Shown: positions 40,151-61,977, counted from the first letter of the stretch. The stretch: 64,000 nucleotides of DNA from the human T2T-CHM13v2.0 reference genome, Homo sapiens (GCA_009914755.4 CP068257.2:12288001-12352000), one strand, 5' to 3'. Notes: generated by a model from the letters alone, not told the origin. Program-made: numbers and translations.

Positions 40151-40600
40151 GGCGACGATCAGCAGAGTTGGCAGCGACAGTGGTGGCATCCAAGGAAGGA
40201 GCGGTTCTCCTCTCCCTGGACTCCACACTCCAGAGGGCAACCTACTCTTGCTCATACTGGAGCGCGGCAGAGGCAGTGTTTCTGTGGAAATCCTGAGCAT
40301 GGCAGAGCCCCTACACCCACCGTGGTTACTGGGCCCATGCACTCTGGGTCTGTGCCACGGAGACTGCCTGGCACCCCCCAGTATGGAGTAGCAGACACCA
40401 CTGGGGACAGGTCCTTGTACATGGAGGCATCCGGAACAGGAAGTGGCACCTGGGTGCAGAGGGTTGGCTGGGTCTGAGTTTCTGCTGCTCCTGCTCCCCG
40501 AGGAGTGCAGCCCGAGTGGGCCCAGCAGTTCCTGTGGAGTGAGGAGCCAGGCACTATGGTGTCTCCAGCACCCACCCCAGGCCCCAGTTTCTGGCCAGCT
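40150..40600 (+). other. Inverted, CpG-decayed paralogous copy of the ANKRD20A-like proximal promoter/5' flank (homologous to reverse complement of ~36215-36520)
   Basis: Reverse complement of 40150-40330 aligns with 36340-36520 (e.g. ttgccctctggagtgtggagtccagggagaggag vs ggtcgccctctagagtctggagtctggggagaggag, and aaccacggtgggtgtagg vs aaccaccgcgggtgtgcgg). Confidence 0.55.
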
Positions 40601-40734
40601 TGGGCCAAAAGGAGAGTCTGGACTTTGAAGGGTGGGTGTGAGTGCCTTCACTGAAACTGGCCCCTGCCACCCAGTGGCTGGCATGACAAAGTGAGGCTCT
40701 GACGCTACCACCCCTTGCATCTTCCTCTAGGATT

Positions 40735-40870
40735 TTCTGGCTTTGCCCTCCCAGCTGCTCCGTGCCAGGAGGAGGAGGAGACACCTGGAGCCTGCAACAC
40801 CACAGCTCGCTTCTCTGTGGGCTGGTGGTGGCAATGCAGACTGCAGCATCCTGGAGCAGTAGGAGGGCAG
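40735..40870 (-). repeat. Third copy of the U repeat (same orientation as 39700-39860)
   Basis: agctgctccgtgccagg...ggtggtggcaatgcagactgcagcat parallels 39740-39850. Confidence 0.45.
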
Positions 40871-40939
40871 GCGGCTGCGGCCAGGGTGGGGGCAGGCCTA
40901 CAGCAGTGGCCAGGTTGCAGCAGTGGCCAGGTGGTAGGA

Positions 40940-43920
40940 GCCTTGTAGGGAGGGCCGATGCATTCACAATGGGCCTGGCTATGCCCTGCCCGTGCTGTGG
41001 ACCTGGCCCTGTACTGCCCTGCCCAGCCTTGCCCTGGACCTGCCCTACCATTACCTGGACTGTCTCAGCCCTGCTCTGCTCTGGTCCCACCCTGGCCCTG
41101 TCTTGGCCCTGTGCTACCCTGTCCCTGCTCTGGTCCTGCCCTTGCACTTGCCCTTCCCTGGCTCAGGCCCTGGCTCCATCTCTGCCCTGGACCTTCCCTG
41201 AATCTGTGCTGACCCAGCTTTGGCTCTGGCCCTGCCTCCTGTCCTGACCCTGGCCCTGCCATGGCACTGGCCCTGCCAATGGTCATGGTCCTGGTCCTGT
41301 CCTGGCCCTGATTTGTCCCAGCCCTGCCTTGGCCTGTCCCTGCCCTGGCCCCACCATGGCCCTGCCTGTTCTGCCCTCTCCTGGCACTGACCTTGCCCTG
41401 TCATGGCCCGGCGGTGCCATTGCCCTGCCTTACACTGCCCTGGTTGTGCCCTGGCCCTGCCTGACGCTGGCCGCTCCCTGGACCTGCCCTGACCTTGCCG
41501 TGGCTTTTGCCCTGCCCTCGCTATGGCCTGGCTCTGGTCCTGTCCTGGCCCAGCCTCCTGGCCCTGATCCTGGTCCTGCCATATCCCTGGCTCTGCCCTT
41601 ATCCAGGTCCTGCCCTTGCCTGTGCCCTGGCCCTGGCCTGGAACCTGATCCTGCCAAGGACCTGCCCTGACTCTGCCATGGCCCTGGCCCTGCTCTGCCT
41701 TGCTCCTGGCCCTGACCCAGACCCTTTCCTGGTTCTGTCCTGGCCCTGGCCTTTCCCTGGCCCTGAGCTGGCAGTAGTCTGCCCCTGGTCTTGGCACCAA
41801 CCTGCCCTGCCGTGCTCTGGCTGTGTCATCACCCTGCCCTGGCCCTGCCCTCACCCTACTCTGGCTTTGACCCTGCCCTGGCCCTACCTTGGCTCTCACC
41901 CTCGTCTTGGCTACGGCCTGCTCTGGACCTGGCCCTAGCCCAGACCTGGCCCTGACCCTGGCCTTTGTCCTGCCATATCCCTGGCCCTGGCCCTGGCCCT
42001 GGCCCTGAAGTGACTAGACCCTGTTTTGGCCTGTCCCTGCTCTGCCCCTACCATTGCCTTGCCCTGTTCTGCCTTGTCCTGGCACTGACCCGGCCATGCC
42101 ATTGCCCTGCCTTACCCTGCCTTGGCCGTGCCCTGGCTCGGTTCTGGCCCCGGCCCCGCCCTGAACATGCCCTGACACTGCCTCAGCTTTGGCACCAGCC
42201 TGGCTCTGCCTTGGCATTGGCCCTGCTCTCTCTATGGACCGGCTCTGGTCCTGTCCTGCACTGGCCATACCATGCCTTGCCCTGACTCAGCCCTGACTCA
42301 GCCCTGGCTCAGCTCTGGCCTTGGTGTTGCCCATGGTCCTGCCGTGTTTCTTGCCCTGTCCCTACCCTGGCCCTGGCCCTGACCCTTACCCTGGTCTGGC
42401 CCTGCTCGTGCCCTAACGCAGACCCTGGACCTGTCCTGGCCCTGGCCCTTCCTGGCTTGAGACCTTACCCTGGTTCTGCCCTGGCCCTGACCCTGTCCTG
42501 ACCCTGAAATACTGGCCCTACACTGGTCTTGCACTGCTCTGGTCCTTGCCCTGACTCTGGCCCTGTCACTATCCTAGCCCCAGCCCTGTCGCTGGTCTTA
42601 CCATGGCCCAGACCCTGCCTTGGCCCTACCCTGACCCTGTCCTGGACTCCGGCTGTGCCAAGAACCTGAACTGTCCTTGCCCTTCTTTTGCTCCTGCCCT
42701 GAACCTGGTCCTGCCCAGGCCATGGCCATGGCCCTGTCCCTGCCCTGGTCTTGGCACTGGCCTGGCCCTGCCTTGGCCCTATGCTTTCATGGACCTGTCC
42801 TGCGTGCCCTGGCCCTGCCTTGGCCCTAGCCTGGCTTTGACCCTGCCCTGGCCCTACCTTGGCCTTCACCCTAGCCTTGCCTGAGCCCTGTCTTGTACCT
42901 GGCTATAGCACAGACCTGGCTGTGGCCCTGGCCCTGCCGTGGCCCTGTCCCAGACCCTGGCCCTGCCAGGTACCTGTCCTGGCCCTGGTTCTGCCCTGGC
43001 CCTCCCCTTGCCCTGGCCCCTCCCTGGCCATGCTTTTTCCCTGGTCCTTCCCTGGCCTGCCCTTGCCCTGGCCCCTTTCTGGTCCTGCCATGTTTCTGGC
43101 CCTGCCCTGTCCATGCCCCGGACCTGGCTCTGGCCCTAGACTTCCCTGGCTGTGCCCTGCCATACCCTGGCCTGGTCCTTGCTCTACACTGACCCTGCCC
43201 TGCCTTGGCCCTGTGCTACCCTCACCCTGCCCTGGCCCTCCACTGGCCCTGGCCCTGACCTGGCCCTGTCTTAAGCCCTGGCCCTGCCATGTCCCTGCCC
43301 TGGCCCTGGTTCTGCCCTGCTTCTGGCCCTGGCCTTGGTCCTGTCATGTCCCTGGCTGTGACCTTGCCCGGTTCTACCCTGGCTCTGGCCCTGCCCTGGT
43401 TCTGGTCCTGCCCTGGCCCAGCCCTGACTGGGAACTGTACTACCCTGGCCCTGCCCAGCCCAACACTGCCCAGGCTGGAGCCCTGCCTTGGCCATGCCCA
43501 TGGCCCTGCCCCTGGTCCTGTCGTGGCCCTTACCCTGCCACTGGTCCTACGATAGCCCTGACCCTGACTTGGCCCTGGTCCTGACCTAGCTGTGGCCCTG
43601 CCCTGCTTCTGGCCCTGTCCTGGCCCTGCCATTGCCTTGGCCCTGGCCCTGCCCTGGCTCCTACCTGCCCTGGCCTTTCCTCGGCCCTGTGCTACCCTGG
43701 CCCTGCCATGTTGTGGCCCTGCCTCTGCCTTGGCCCTGCTCTGGGCATGGCCTTAGCATTCGACCTGGCCCTGCCCTGCCCCTGCCCTGGACCTGCCCTA
43801 CCATTACCTGGCCTGTCCCGGCCCCGCCCTGCCCTGGCCCCACCCTGGCCCTATCTTGGCCCTGTGCCACCCTGTCCCTGCCCTGCCCTTGCATTGGCCC
43901 TTCCCTGGCACAGGCCCTGG
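40940..43920. repeat. ~3-kb GC-rich short-period tandem array, core CCCTGGCCCTG(y)CC (period ~7-9 bp with longer-order irregular structure); + strand nearly A-free
   Basis: Hundreds of ccctggccctg / cctgccctg / cctgtcctg iterations. All ORF-track ORFs here are P/A/L/W-rich (+) or G/Q/R-rich (-) repeat artefacts. The terminal ~200 bp (43750-43920) directly repeat 40975-41200. Confidence 0.85.
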
Positions 43921-43924
43921 ATTA

Positions 43925-44120
43925 ACAAAGTTGTACAGTCATCAATCACCACTGTTTCAGTGCAGAACATTTTCGTCTTCCCAAAAAGAAACCCCTCAGT
44001 AATCACTCCCTGTCCCCCTCCCCTCATGGCCCTTGGCAACCACTATTCTAGTTTTTTGTCTCTATGGATTTACTTATTCTAAACTAGACATTTGATATAA
44101 ATGGAATCATTCAGCATGTG
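43925..44120 (+). mobile_element. Old L1 (L1PB/L1M-like) 3'UTR fragment
   Basis: ...tggcaaccactattctagttttttgtctctatggatttacttattctaaactagacatttgatataaatggaatcattcagcatgtgacc... matches the characteristic old-L1 3' end motif. Confidence 0.55.
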
Positions 44121-44203
44121 ACCTTTTTGTCTGGCATGTGCCAAGATTTTTGAAGCGTACTTTTTAATTTTTCTCTGATATTTTCTAAAGTTTAGATTTT
44201 TAA

Positions 44204-44516
<313 letters not shown>

Positions 44517-44557
44517 AAAAAAATGTATTTTTAGAAGTGTATTACAAAAAAAAATTA

Positions 44558-44740
44558 ACTGGATGTAGTGGCAGGCGCCTATGATCCCAGCTACTCAGGA
44601 GGCTGAGGCAGGGAGAATTGCTTGAACCTGGGGGGTAGAGGTTGCAGTGAGCTGAGATCATGCCAGTGCACTCCAGCCTGGGCGACAGAGCGAGAGTCCA
44701 TCTCAAAAAACAAAAAATAAAATAATAAAATAAAATAGTA
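44558..44740 (+). mobile_element. Partial Alu (right arm) with A-rich tail
   Basis: ...gtggcaggcgcctatgatcccagctactcaggaggctgaggcagggagaattgcttgaacctgg... Confidence 0.75.
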
Positions 44741-45399
44741 TTCTCACCCTTTTCTACTCACATTCCCTCTGAGCTAATTAGTGCTATTGGCTGGTGTGTA
44801 TCCTTCCACTCACATTTACTTACTCGTACATTCAAATGCAAAATACACATACATACATAGTATGGTGGTGGTTGTATTTTAAAATGAAATTATTTTATGC
44901 ACATTACTTTGCATCTTGCTTTATTTAAGAAAATATTTTAGCTGTTCCTCAAAATAGTTGATAGAGATCTAACACATTCCTTTCAATATTAGGTAACATT
45001 CTGTTACACTAATGAGCCTCATTTACTCGACCATTTCACTGAATGGGTGGATATTCAGATGTTTTCAGTTTTTTGACACCATAGCTAAGTCTTAATAAAT
45101 ATCTTGTTCATATATTCTTCTTAACTGATGCTCTTAATTCTATAGGCTAGAATCCCAAATCTGGGGTTTCTGTGTCAAGAACATTTGCATTTAAAATTTG
45201 TAATAGTTATTACTAGATTTATGTTCCCCAGTAGTTGCAGCAGGTCACAGCTTCATCCCCACTGAAATGCCTATTTTCCTGCATTTTTATCAGGATTAGC
45301 TGTTTTGCAATCTTTAAAATTTTTTGCCCCACTAATAAGGTAAGAAAGTATCTTATCTCAAGTATTCTTACCTTCTCTTTCAGAGGTAAACTGTATGAC

Positions 45400-45533
45400 G
45401 TAATGGATATGTTAATTACCTTGATTGTGGTACTCATTTTAGAATGTATAAGTTTATCAGAACATCATGTTTTGTACACCTTAAATATATACAATTTTTA
45501 TTTTTCAATCATACCTCAATAAACCTGAAAAAA
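45400..45533 (+). mobile_element. Old L1 (L1M) 3'UTR terminal fragment ending in short A-run
   Basis: gattgtggtactcattttagaatgtataagtttatcagaacatcatgttttgtacaccttaaatatatacaattt...catacctcaataaacctgaaaaaaa resembles the L1M 3' terminus. Confidence 0.45.
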
Positions 45534-45689
45534 AGTCATTCAGAAAGGAATCAAACAGTAGATACTAGCATTAAAAATATGTTATAAATTTTCAAGCCTA
45601 GAATGATAACATAAGATTAGGAACAAGAATATGTGTGTATAGATTTTAACATTTATATCTGTGAATATTAATCGATATATACAGATCTT

Positions 45690-46248
45690 GAAGGCAAGTT
45701 ACAATCGTGAAGAAAATGAAAATTATGTTGTGTACCTATAATATGAAAATAAAAAATCACACAAAGGCATATACCTTCACTCAAGGATGCATACTCGAGT
45801 ATACATATTATTTATAATAACCTAAATTTGTAAACAGCCCCAAATGTCCATTAACTTGTGAATAAATAAACCAACAGTGATACCTTGAAAGAATGGAATA
45901 CTATTCAGCAATAAAAAGGAACTAACTACTGACTCGGCAATATTCGTGAATCTCAAAAATATTATGCTAAGTGAAAGAGAGATGACATACTATGTGATTT
46001 CTTTTAAAATTTCTAGAAAAGACAAAATTCAGGACAGAAAGCAGATCAGTGGATGCCAGGAGTAGGAGTTAAGGGAGGAAATTTATTGCAAAGGAACAGT
46101 AGGCGACTGATTGTGGTGATGTTTGAAATGTTCTATGTCACGATCATGGTTGTGGTTACATGACTATTCTGAAAGTTCGTTAAGTTGTACACTTCAAATT
46201 GCTGATGCTCATTATATGTTAATTATACCTTAAAGCTAATAATTCATA
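45690..46248 (+). mobile_element. Old L1 (L1M/L1PB-like) 3' end: ORF2 C-terminal remnant plus 3'UTR
   Basis: ...ccccaaatgtccattaacttgtgaataaataaaccaacagtgataccttgaaagaatggaatactattcagcaataaaaagg...aatattatgctaagtgaaag...cagatcagtggatgccagg...ttgtacacttcaaattg... matches the canonical old-L1 3' end. Confidence 0.7.
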
Positions 46249-46249
46249 T

Positions 46250-51678
<5,429 letters not shown>

Positions 51679-51949
51679 TTACCACTTATCATTAGTTTTA
51701 AAGAAAAAAAAACTGACATAATGGAAATTTTCACTATACCTCAGGAAGGGAATTCAGTGGAAAAGTAAGCTTCCTATTCCCTCTTGACCTTCAGTTTATA
51801 CTTTTCTTCCTAAGTCAAGTACTACTACTGGTTTCTTATGCTATTTCTAGAACTAGCCTATCTATCTGTTGTCTATTTAAAATAACTCATTATTCACCTT
51901 TTATTTGAGCTGCCTTATGGATCTATGTAGTTTTTCTGTCTCTTTTTAA

Positions 51950-52560
51950 AATTTTTTATGTGGTAAAATACACATAACATAAAATTTACCATCTTAACCA
52001 TTTTTCAGTGTACAGTTTAGTAGCACCATCTTTCACATTGTTGTGCAACCAATCTCCAAAACCTTTTCATCGTGCAAAACAAATTCTGTATCTATTCAAC
52101 AGCTCTCCATTCTTCCCTACCCACAACTCCTGCAACCATCCTTCTACTTTCTGTCTGTCTGAATTTGAATACCTCACATAAGCGGAATCATACAGTATTT
52201 GCCTTTTTGACATGGGCTTATTTTACTTAGCATAATGTCCTCCAGTTCCATTCACGTTGCCTTGAAAGACAGGATTTCATTATTTCTTTATGGCTGAAAT
52301 AGTATTCATCCGTGTTGTAGCATGTCAGATTCTCTTCCTCTTTAAGGCTGAATGATATTCCATTGTATGTATATACCAACATTCTATTTATCTAAATGTA
52401 TCTGCCAATGGATTTTTCAGTTTCCACCTTTTGGCTATTACAAATAATGCTACTGTGAACATGGGAGTACAAATAACTTCAAAGCCCTGCTTTTAATTGT
52501 TCTGAATATATATCCAGAAGTGGACTTTCTGGATCATATCTTTATTCTATTTTTAATTTT
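51950..52560 (+). mobile_element. Old L1 3' end fragment
   Basis: ...cttagcataatgtcctccagttccattcacgttg...tggctgaaatagtattcatc...ttttggctattacaaataatgctactgtgaacatggg... matches the old-L1 3' region motif series. Confidence 0.6.
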
Positions 52561-52814
52561 TTGAAGAATTTCTTTTTTTAAGTCACTTTTGATGGTTTGT
52601 TCTTTGCCAGAAAATATATTTTTCAATTTTATCAGTGCAGAGTTGTATATAATATTTATATATTTTACTTGTACAATTATATAAAAGTTGTATTATATTT
52701 CTATATTCTCATATAATTATCTTCAGTATCCATGTTTGTAACTGTTTCCTTATTTCTCTTTTTCCTCTTTCATGTTTACTATTTTATTGGTCTTTAAAAC
52801 CTAGACTTTGATTT

Positions 52815-53118
52815 TTTTTTGTTGTTGTTGTTTTTGAGACAGAGTCTTGCTCTATCACCCAGGCTGGAGTGGAGTGGCGTGATCTCAGCTCACTGCAACC
52901 TCCGTCTCCCAGGTTCAAGTAATTCTCCTGCCTCAGCATCCTGAGTAGCTGGGATTACAGGTGCCGGACACCATGCCCAGCTAAGTTTTGTATTTTTAAT
53001 AGAGATGGGGTTTCACTACGTTGGTCAGGCTGTTCTCAAACTCCTGACCTTGTGATCCACCCACCTCAGCCTCCCAAAGTGCTGGGATTACAGGCATGAG
53101 CCACCGCGCCTGGCCGTT
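52815..53118 (-). mobile_element. Alu SINE
   Basis: Reverse-complement Alu. Confidence 0.9.
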
Positions 53119-53119
53119 T

Positions 53120-56250
<3,131 letters not shown>

Positions 56251-56440
56251 ACAAATTTAGAGTGATAGAACAGCCTTGAATATATTCTTATTTAGAAGGC
56301 TGAAGTTTGAATATAGCCTGGAGTGTTAGAAAAGGATGGAACAGTTTATCATAGACCAGAGCCAAGAGAGTATAATATTTAGATTTTAAATATCAAAAAG
56401 AAGATATGATCAGCTGAATTCAAAGTTGAAGCCTAGGCAT

Positions 56441-56776
<336 letters not shown>

Positions 56777-56998
56777 TTAAAAATTCAATAAAGAAAATAG
56801 AAAAAAGATGTTTTTTTTAATTTGAGAAACATTTAAATGATGACCACTACTTAAATTATGAAATTGAAAACCAGAAATATAAATTATGCACTCTTTATAG
56901 TATGAGTTTTAGAGGTTGTTAATTTGCTATCATATTAGGTAAATCTGGAATAGAAGAAACTTCATATATTATCTTATTGCTATATTTGAATTCTGTAG

Positions 56999-57172
56999 AA
57001 GTTGTTTCTGGACAGTCTATGGAAAGCTCTTGCTGGCCACGGAGGAAGTAGGCAGCTGACACAAAGTTCTGCAATTGCCTGTGCCAAACTGTGTAAAGCA
57101 AGTACTTACATCAACTGGGAAGATAACGCTGTCATTTTCCTACTTGTTCAGTCCATGGTGGTTGATCTTAAG
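56999..57172 (+). CDS. NF1-like exon (pseudogene), 58 codons
   Basis: Acceptor ttctgtag|AAGTTG (in-frame TAG immediately upstream) and donor CTTAAG|gtaaca. ORF-track 57002..57208. Confidence 0.8.
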
Positions 57173-57613
57173 GTAACATGCTTATTCTTTCTCTACTACA
57201 AAGTTTAAGAAAATTAAATTAATTTTCTAACATAAGTATTATGTCAAAGAGAATTGCTAACATTAAAGTTCTGATTCTTCTTTGATAAGTTCATAGGACT
57301 TGCTTTTGTTGTTACTGCATTCATCAGTCTAAATGGACTGAGAATATGAAGAAAACACTGTTTTCTTAAATGAGCATAAATATACAGACTTGGGTTTAAA
57401 ATAATGTGGCAATCAGGGCCTGAAAGGAACCTATATATGGTACAGGAAGAATTGTATCAGATGGATGAACCACAGTATTGGTGCTTTGTGCTGCTTCTGG
57501 CAACTGAATTTTACTGCCATCTATGTGGATAATGTGTTGATGTTATTACATATTAGTAAAGAAATACTGCATGGGTATTTAAAGGCTTTTGTTTTCTGTT
57601 GGGGTTTTTATAG

Positions 57614-57734
57614 AACCTGCTTTTTAATCCAAGTAAGCCATTCTCAAGGGGCAGTCAGCCTGCAGATGTGGATCTTATGATTGACTGCCTTGTTTCTTGC
57701 CTTCGTGTAAGCCCTCACAACAACCAAGTTTAAG
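57614..57734 (+). CDS. NF1-like exon (pseudogene) carrying a 2-nt deletion and premature TAA
   Basis: Acceptor ttttatag|AACCTG and donor TTTAAG|gtgagg. Translation NLLFNPSKPFSRGSQPADVDLMIDCLVSCLRVSPHNNQV*. 121 nt versus an expected 123. Confidence 0.7.
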
Positions 57735-57981
57735 GTGAGGGCACTGGTTTTTATCTAACTATGTTTACTGATGCCGTTATCCTTTATAAACGGAAAGACT
57801 AGAGGGATAACAGGTTCACCTCTATCGGCATTTCTCACTATTACGTATTGATGTTCATTTCAAGACCTTAAAAACTTAGTGTTTTTTAAAAAACTTTCTG
57901 TTTGCTGTTCTTTTTGACTTCATTTGTATTACTGAGTATTTTTCTCATAGAAATAATCTGCTTTTTTTTCTTTTTCTATAG

Positions 57982-58056
57982 ATCTGCCTGGTGCAGAATT
58001 CACATTCTACATTTCACTATGTGCTGGTAAATTCACTCCATCAAATCATCACCAAT
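57982..58056 (+). CDS. NF1-like exon (pseudogene), 25 codons
   Basis: Acceptor ttttctatag|ATCTGC and donor ACCAAT|gtaagt. Translation ICLVQNSHSTFHYVLVNSLHQIITN. Confidence 0.8.
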
Positions 58057-58796
58057 GTAAGTCCAATAGGCATTGCTAAACTACTAAAAAAAAAAATTTC
58101 ATTATTTTCTTTGCATATTTCTTTTTACGAAACGCGCTCTTGGTTTTCAAAAAGGTTCTGAATTTAGATGTACGGAATAGGAAAATTTCTCCACGGTGAT
58201 TATATTTGATAATTGATAAATACTTGTATTTTTCATAGTAAGCCTTGACCGAAGGGCCCATATTAAGGAAGATGGAGTTAATAAGATGCTTTGGAAAGAT
58301 AAATCTAAAGCATTTTATTCAGATCAAAAGCCCTAGAGAAAAATGGCACTGAAAATATAATATAAAATTTTCATCCCAAAGCTTTTCAAACATATTATTT
58401 GAATACTCTTAGCCCTTTCACAGCATTTGATACATTGATTGCCACCTTACCATTTAAGTTAAAAGTAATAGTATTTATGTTGTAGTCCAGTATAGCACAC
58501 TGACAAAATGATGGGACTATATTTGATGGTACTTTAAAACCTTTTGATCTTAAATTTATTCATATTGTAAAATTTCATTTTTCTTAAAATAAAATATTAA
58601 CATACTTTAAAAGAGGTATTCACAAGATACAAAAGCATATCAAACAAAATAAGTGAAATCATTAAAAGGTACTTGGGAAACCTTCAACTCTGATATGGTG
58701 ACATTAAATAGAGAGCAAAACTTTATCAGATTTGGACTGTGGATTTTTAAAATTCTAATTATGAACAACCCAGTTTTGAAAGTTCTCAGATGTTGG

Positions 58797-59085
<289 letters not shown>

Positions 59086-59426
59086 TGGTTTAGCACTTAT
59101 TACTTAGTCATTGCTTCCATATTTGTGTACATTGCTATTGGTCCCATAAATTGATACATTTCTTGCAGTCTTTTTGGAACGCTATTTGGCAGGAGCTATA
59201 CAAACATTTCATTTTTTTTGTACAAATAATTCAATTTCTATGACTTTAAAAATGTTGTGAATATAACTCAAAAGGAAAAAGCTGCACACATAGGTACTTA
59301 TCGCTCTTGATTACAATAGGAGAATATTAGAAGAACTTTACTAGGAGGAGAATGGGTTAATATTCAATAATGAGAATGGTATTTTAACTTGGTGAGCTGA
59401 TAAACATTCATTAAAACCTATATAGG

Positions 59427-59730
59427 GCCGGGCGCAGTGGTTCTCGCCTGTAATCCCAGCACTTTGAGAGGCTGAGGTGGGTGGATCATAAGATCAGAAG
59501 TTCAACATCAGCCTGGCCAAGATGGTGAAACCTGTCTCTACTAAAAATACAAAAAAAAAAAAATTAGCTGGGTGTGGTGGTGGACCCCTGTAATCCCAGC
59601 TACTTGGGAGGCTGAGGCAGAGAATTGCTTAAACCTGGGAGGCGGAGGATGCAGTGACCCGAGATCACATCAATGCACTCCAGCCTGGGCCACAGAACGA
59701 AGCCACGTCTCAAAGAAAAAAAAACCAAAA
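59427..59730 (+). mobile_element. Alu SINE
   Basis: Alu consensus. Confidence 0.9.
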
Positions 59731-59751
59731 AAAAACCTATATAGATCTGCG

Positions 59752-60364
<613 letters not shown>

Positions 60365-61271
60365 TTAATAGTTTTTTGAGATTCTCACAATTAATTGCAA
60401 TTTTCATTAAATATCTCAAAGTAATTACAATAACAATGTTTGAAATGAGATAATATGGGTCTGGCCTTTATACGTTGATAAGTTGACCAAGGGCTGAAAG
60501 GAATGTCCAGAGCTTCACAGTGTCTGCTGGGTTGGGGGTGGAGCGGGGTGGGAGGAATGTGAGTTGGGATTGTAGAATTGGAGTTAAGATAGGATCAGTT
60601 TGAAGGAAGAGTTTACGTTTTATTCTTTATATCTTTGATGGTTTTAATTTATGTAATAATCTATATGTTATATATTGTAAGTGAATTATTTAATTCCTGT
60701 TAATGTTCTCTGAACCAAATTCCAATTTCAGTTCTATGGTCCACTGAAATACTTTAGAATGGATAATCTGTTATGAAATACAAAATCCATTTTGCTTCCT
60801 CTCTCTTGATTTTGAAAAATAGTTGCTCTTTTCTGTTACGAGAGACTTTGTGGCAAGTGAGACGATTTTTACTTATCTTTTGCTGTGTGTATTAATTTTG
60901 GCAAGCCCTTCTTACTTGGGGATTAACTTTTTGTCTCACAGAGTTCTTTAATATCTGTTGAAATTATTTTGTTTGTTTCTTAAAGGAATTTTTACAGTTG
61001 TATATTGTTCTGAATTCATCATTTAGCTTTATATGGTTATGCCAGTTAGAGTAAGAATGATGAGAATAAAATGATATCATTCTGTCTATATTATTCCCTA
61101 GAGGTTTGTGTTCACCAGAGTTTATCTCTTTTTACCTTTTACTATGTATGGAAACTACAAATGAAATAGCTCAATTTCTTAGCATTTATACAGTAAGTAC
61201 TCCAGCGTTATGTTTACCAAACATGTTTGAGTGAGTCTTCTCTTTGCCTTTCTCTTTTTAAAAAAATTCAG

Positions 61272-61351
61272 GCTCTGCTGGTTCTTCGTCAGTTAGATAG
61301 CATTGATTTGTGGAATCCTGATGCTCCTGGAGAAACATTTTGGGAGATTAG
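61272..61351 (+). CDS. NF1-like exon (pseudogene), 26 codons + 2 nt
   Basis: Acceptor ctttttaaaaaaattcag|GCTCTG and donor GATTAG|gtatat. Translation ALLVLRQLDSIDLWNPDAPGETFWEI. ORF-track 61227..61421. Confidence 0.8.
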
Positions 61352-61977
61352 GTATATGTACTTTTATTCTTTAAATTCAACTTTTAAATTTTATTTTGTA
61401 TTTTTTGTCTTGAAATATTAACTCTATAGTATTTAGTATATTGTAAAACTTATACTTCCAAAGGTTTTATGATTTTGTATTTTTTTGACTTCAAATTATT
61501 AGAATTTCTTGTTTTAACTGTAAAAAAAAGTGTCACAGCAATTTAGAAAATAAGTTTTAAGAATAGTGCTAAATTTTGTCACCCAAACAAGTACTGTTGT
61601 TTGGTATATTCCCTTTTTCAGATTTCAATGTGGTTACTACTATGATTTAAATAGATTTTCACAGTTTTAAGCCTAGAATGATAAAATTTTGTAAAAATAT
61701 TGTTTTTTCAGTTTTTTAAGCTGTGTGATCTTTCACAAACTTTCTGTAATACCAATGCTTTTGATGAATGAATTAATCATGGACACCTGCTTAGAAGACA
61801 AAAATATATACAGAATTTTGTGGTCTACTTCCTAGATTATATAAGTCATTACATTTTCATGAGCATAAAGTCACCACACTGAGGAAAATGGAAATGTGTA
61901 AACCTCAAGTTTGCCATTATCTTATAGGAATAGGTGTGCTAAGTTACATGGCAGCTGAATTAAACCTTACTCTAGAG

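Noticed and set aside
36540-43920. Regular GC-rich repeat arrays as a possible CRISPR array or other prokaryotic repeat system.
   Set aside because: Units are degenerate and contiguous with no unique spacers. The context is primate DNA full of Alu/L1 and spliced gene exons, so these are eukaryotic minisatellites.
40554-43925. Many long ORFs on both strands (e.g. 41114..41899 minus, 261 aa; 42859..43584 plus, 241 aa) that could be read as Pro/Ala- or Gly/Gln/Arg-rich proteins.
   Set aside because: They are translations of the (CCCTGGCCCTG)n array in every frame. They have no start-context consistency and mutually overlap on both strands.
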